Positions 60,361 through 64,000 of a stretch of 64,000 nt of DNA are shown piece by piece. The translations under genes and the position numbers were made by a program. Source of the DNA: Acidobacteriota bacterium (GTDB taxonomy: Bacteria > Acidobacteriota > UBA890 > WLXD01). Under the pieces are notes generated by a model. The model was not told the DNA's origin. It saw nothing but the letters and a program-made list of their open reading frames with translations, and ran no database searches. The stretch covers positions 576,001 through 640,000 of the forward strand of contig CBDBHB010000008.1 of the NCBI GenBank assembly GCA_965205505.1. Direction: 5' to 3'. The first letter of the stretch is position 1; every line of letters begins with the position of its first letter.

Positions 60361-61701
60361 GGCCACGTCCGCCCGTTTCAGCGCGCGATTCACAGTACCC
60401 AAACCCACCCCCATCTCTTCCGCGATTTCTCGTTGTGTCATGCCGGTTGCACTAAGCTCCGCAGCCTGTTCGGCGCGGGTATCTTGCAGAGATCTCCACG
60501 TCCACTGTGGACCCGTCGGTTCACCCGTCATGAGCGAGGCCTCGAATGGCTCCGTCTCGCTGCCGATTAGGCCGCGTGATTTCGTGAAGTGGACCTCGAC
60601 TCGACAACCTTGCGAAGGTCGGTAGTCGGGTGGCCGCTTGAGCTGGACGGCCTGGCTGACGATGTCCTCTCTCTTGCTCGTTCCCCGCTGGCCACCGCTC
60701 TTACCGTCGTGATGCACGAAAAGGGTCGTGATCCCCTTGCGCCGGAGCTCCAAGAGCCACGCTTGCATCGTGTCCCACGAGCCAGCTTCGTTCTCTTTTC
60801 CGCTGCCTGGACAAAGGGTCGAGATCGAGTCGAGTATGAGCAGCGAGATACCGTCAAGATGCCGCTCAACGACGCGACGCCCCTGCTCATCAGCGAGACT
60901 TGGCAGGATCGCGTCTGCAAGATCAGCGGACAGGACTTGAAGCGGCGCACGGAGCGGACTGCTGGCGGCATCTCCAGCCTGCCTCAACATCTCTTGGAGC
61001 TGCTCTCGCGGCAGTTCACCATCGACGAGCAGCACACCGTGTGGCTCGGGGGCCTTGAATCTCAAAAACGGGCAACCGGAGGCAACCGCAACGGCAATGC
61101 CATGCGCGATTCTCGTCTTACCCACACCGCGCCACGCATGCAGTTCCGCGATGTCGCGCCTCTGGATGAACCCCTCGAGCATCCATACTCGCGGCGGAAT
61201 CTCCATGCTGAGCAGGTCGAGCACGTCGATGGGCAGGGGGTTCGTTGAGGCTCCCCCCGCGACAGGGGCCGCCGTGTCCAGGCTCGCCCGAAGCTGCTCG
61301 CACAGGTCGGTGGGATCCGCGCCTTGGGCCATCGCCGTCTTGATTGTCGAGTCACAGACCTTTATCAGATCTCGGAGACTCGAGGCACGCTTCACGATGT
61401 GAACGTAGCTTGCTATGTTCGCCATCGTCGGCATGCCGGAAATCAGCGACGAGATGTAGGCACGACCACCTACCCGCTGGAGGACATCGCGCCGGTTCAA
61501 CTCGGCACTCAGCGTGATTGTGTCGATGTGATGGGGTTCATGGCGCTGATACAGCGCCAGCATCGCATCCCAGATCAAGCGATGACCTTGATCAAAGAAG
61601 TCCTCACTGGTCAGACCTGAGTCAACCGCACGGGACAACAAGTCGTTGGTGACCAGCACGCTACCGAGGATCTCTCGCTCGGCCGGAAGGTCGTGCGGCA
61701 T
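60325..61701 (-). CDS. Replication protein: DnaB N-terminal domain + AAA_25/RepA-like ATPase + C-terminal HTH
   Basis: MPHDLPAEREILGSVL..EDFFDQGHRLIW; Walker A AWRGVGKT; VDGE; LILDSISTL; VHHDGKSGGQRGTS; MTQREIAEEMGVGLGTV. Confidence 0.85.
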   Translation of the reverse strand: MPHDLPAEREILGSVLVTNDLLSRAVDSGLTSEDFFDQGHRLIWDAMLALYQRHEPHHIDTITLSAELNRRDVLQRVGGRAYISSLISGMPTMANIASYVHIVKRASSLRDLIKVCDSTIKTAMAQGADPTDLCEQLRASLDTAAPVAGGASTNPLPIDVLDLLSMEIPPRVWMLEGFIQRRDIAELHAWRGVGKTRIAHGIAVAVASGCPFLRFKAPEPHGVLLVDGELPREQLQEMLRQAGDAASSPLRAPLQVLSADLADAILPSLADEQGRRVVERHLDGISLLILDSISTLCPGSGKENEAGSWDTMQAWLLELRRKGITTLFVHHDGKSGGQRGTSKREDIVSQAVQLKRPPDYRPSQGCRVEVHFTKSRGLIGSETEPFEASLMTGEPTGPQWTWRSLQDTRAEQAAELSATGMTQREIAEEMGVGLGTVNRALKRADVACSTVPPVPTPQ

Positions 61702-61891
61702 GGCGCGTTCGCGGGTCACTACGAATGCCGGACCCGAGCGCCGGGAGCGAGTGCCGGAGCCAGGTGAGCAGAGGTCGAGCGCCTGTTCCGGCACCGCTTG
61801 CGTGGGACTGGCCAGCGTTGCCTCGAATGCGATGCGCACGAGCCGAGAAAGTGCGGCTTGTCCATTGCGGTGAGCTGCTCCTGGATACAGC

Positions 61892-62092
61892 TCACGGCGA
61901 GCCGCCCGGAACGGCCCTGGGTCTCGTTTGTAGCCAGACCTCGATATCCGCCAGGCGCCAGGCTACCGCACGCCGGCCGATGCGCACCGGACGGGGAAAC
62001 TCCCCCGCATCCATCGCAGCGTAGATCGCCGAGCGTGACAGCCGCGTGATCTGCTCGACTTCAGGGCGTCGGATAAGTGTCGGTTGCATCAT
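61892..62092 (-). CDS. alpA: AlpA family regulator / excisionase
   Basis: LIRRPEVEQITRLSRSAIY..GEFPRPVRIGRRAVAW. Confidence 0.9.
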   Translation of the reverse strand: MMQPTLIRRPEVEQITRLSRSAIYAAMDAGEFPRPVRIGRRAVAWRLADIEVWLQTRPRAVPGGSP

Positions 62093-62201
62093 TGGGAACC
62101 CTCCGGGTAGCTGTAGGATCCCCACTGTGCACGCCACGACTTGGCGTGTCATTGGGACAGGTTTTCGGAAACTCGTCCCTACACAGCGCGACGCGTAGGC
62201 G

Positions 62202-62867
62202 CTAGCGCTTGCTCTGCCAGATAGCGAGAACGCTGCTGTACTTGCTCACGCTTTGATTTCTGTCGGCGAGCACCCCGGCCACGATGTCGCAGGCAGATGC
62301 ACGCTCGGTAAGTTCATTGCGCATCACATTCATGCCGCACTTTTTCAGGATGTAGACTGCCCATGCGATCACGTAGTTTCGCTCGGCCATCTTGGGCTCA
62401 GGGCCCCTGCTGCCTTCGCTGGCTCTGGGACGCTGTCCCCGCTCGGCCACCCATCTTTGCAGCGTTTGCCCAAGCGGATACTTGCCTCCTTTTTGCATGA
62501 GCACCCAATCCAGTACGTCCCAATGTAGTGCGGAGGTACGTGATCGTTCAGCGAAAAGATCGACCACCTCCTCGCGCGGGGTGCCGTCCAGAGGGCCCAG
62601 AGACGAAGCGAGCATCCCTACGTAGTAGTCGCGAGCCCACTCCGGGTCATCCGACAGGTCCAGGTCCAGCCACAAGTGCACGAGGGCCCGCGCATCGTCG
62701 TCTGAAATGCGCTCTCCCTGCTCCGTGAATCGTGCCACGTGCTCGCGGTGTTTACGGTGAAACTCATCGTGCTGGGATTGGTCGTAGGCGGCACGCACAG
62801 GCGGTATGGGACTACAGAGCTTCAGCTTCAGTCGAACGGTCTGCCTCGGGCGCGGTTCCTCACCCAT
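62202..62867 (-). CDS. Hypothetical protein of the integrative element, upstream of alpA
   Basis: Open frame between int and alpA; C-terminal RNYVIAWAV..RN..SACDIVA..Y..V..IW. Confidence 0.6.
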   Translation of the reverse strand: MGEEPRPRQTVRLKLKLCSPIPPVRAAYDQSQHDEFHRKHREHVARFTEQGERISDDDARALVHLWLDLDLSDDPEWARDYYVGMLASSLGPLDGTPREEVVDLFAERSRTSALHWDVLDWVLMQKGGKYPLGQTLQRWVAERGQRPRASEGSRGPEPKMAERNYVIAWAVYILKKCGMNVMRNELTERASACDIVAGVLADRNQSVSKYSSVLAIWQSKR

Positions 62868-63060
62868 GAGGCAGCACCGGCACGATGGTCTGGATCGGGG
62901 CGGGCAACCTGGAGTGCGGCCCGGGCCCACTGATCGATGGGGACAGCAGCATCAGGCCCAGGATGACGGCCGGAATCAGCGTCAGTGCACGGCCCGAAAG
63001 GTTGATCCTGGGCGAGCGGAGATCGCCCATCCGCACGTTGCCGAGCTCACCTCTGTCCAT
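62860..63060 (-). CDS. Possible small membrane protein
   Basis: GGAGAG upstream of ATG; hydrophobic LTLIPAVILGLMLL; overlaps the next start. Confidence 0.3.
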   Translation of the reverse strand: MDRGELGNVRMGDLRSPRINLSGRALTLIPAVILGLMLLSPSISGPGPHSRLPAPIQTIVPVLPHG

Positions 63061-63171
63061 ATCATCTCTCCGTAGGCACGGGGGCGGTGGGGTAGACACG
63101 TCTTCAGGGTAGCGTGCGTGGCCGTGTGCCAACCCACTTCAGCAGGCAGGGAACCGACCCGGTACTGCTCC

Positions 63172-64000
63172 CTAGACAGGGCGCAGCATCGGCACCACCT
63201 TGCCGCCCTCAGCACTCAGGTAAGCGGCCCAGTCTTCCATCAGCTTCCGGCGCCGCTCCAGCAGGTCCGAGCGCGCATAGGCCGCCTCGGTCGGGTCGCG
63301 CACCGCATGCGCCAGCGCCGCCTCCATGACCGCCCGCGGTGCGTTGGTGCACTCCGCCGCCCAGTCCCGGAACGATGAGCGAAACCCGTGCGGTACCGCT
63401 TCAATACCCAGCTGCCGCAGCACCCGGGAAAGCGTTGCGTCCGCCAGCGGCCTGCCGGCCCGTGCGCCGGGAAACACCAGCCCCTCGCCATCCCTGAGCC
63501 CCCGCGCCTGGCGCAGGATCTCCATTGCCCGGCCCGATAGCGGTACCCGGCGCCGCTTGCGGTGCCGTGGCAGCGCCTGGGTGATCGCCTCACCAGCCGG
63601 GTTGTCGCCACGGTACCCCTGCGCCATGGCCCACTTCATCACCGCACCGATGCGCGCCCGCACCCGCCGTGCGGTCTCGGCCTTGTCATGCCAGATCGGA
63701 CCCAGTACCTCCAACACCTCGGCCGTCGTCACCTCCGACACCGGCATCTCACCGATGCGCCCGTACGCATAGGTGCGCAACTCCGTTTTCCATTGCGCCG
63801 CATACTTGGCGTTGCGCCACCCGGGGCGGTGCATCTCATACACCTTGGCCGCTGCTTGCGCGAACGTCGGCATGCCCTCGGCCCGGCGCTTGTCTGTCAG
63901 CGGGTCACCGCCGGCACGGGCCAGCTTGCGGTTGGCAAATGCCACCTCGCGCGCCTCCGACAGCGACACCAAGGGGTAGCCTCCGAGACCCAGTTCCCGG
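63172..64000 (-). pseudogene. P4-like tyrosine integrase with an in-frame internal deletion (5' end beyond the window)
   Basis: ELGLGGYPLVSLSEAR arm domain; HGFRSSFRDWAAE; ALAH; AYARSDLLERRRKLM; the segment carrying the first catalytic Arg and Lys is missing between ALPRH and RVPLS. Confidence 0.85.

Larger units (their letters stand above)
60058..64000 (-). mobile_element. P4/PICI-like satellite or integrative element core
   Basis: Co-oriented int, hypothetical, alpA, rep helicase and iteron origin; the cargo boundary on the left is uncertain. Confidence 0.75.

Noticed and set aside
1-64000. CRISPR array, rRNA or a complete tRNA gene
   Set aside because: No regularly spaced repeat-spacer array or rRNA-like sequence seen; all tRNA-like matches are partial 3' fragments.

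Overview
GC-rich bacterial DNA. The gene content (PadR + ADOP-type ABC permeases, VWFA-related protein, DUF1800/DUF1501, M14 peptidase, BlaI/M56-TonB) suggests Acidobacteriota, which is an inference. The window reads as an accessory graveyard of nested, decaying integrative elements. It holds four tRNA/tmRNA 3'-end fragments, all on the minus strand (one a tRNA-Leu(CAA)/tmRNA hybrid), two damaged tyrosine integrases, IS3/IS256 copies and remnants, two copies of an IS4-like MITE and many gene fragments. These are interspersed with intact exported hydrolases, SDRs, a transporter, ilvA and regulators. Highlights: (1) a DUF3179 selenoprotein split in the ORF track at an in-frame UGA (Y-U-T-L-C) followed by a SECIS-like hairpin; (2) a P4/PICI-like satellite at the right end (internally deleted integrase, AlpA, DnaB-N/AAA rep protein, 32-bp inverted iteron arrays), next to a tandem pair of AT-richer paralogs that are candidate HEPN-like defence proteins; (3) a minimal reductive-dehalogenase-like B12/Fe-S enzyme with a small upstream partner; (4) a Tat-exported NTF2-VOC-NTF2-VOC protein; (5) an MMPL-LolA-like fusion with an internal RBS. 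All family assignments come from motif recognition by eye; no database search was run.
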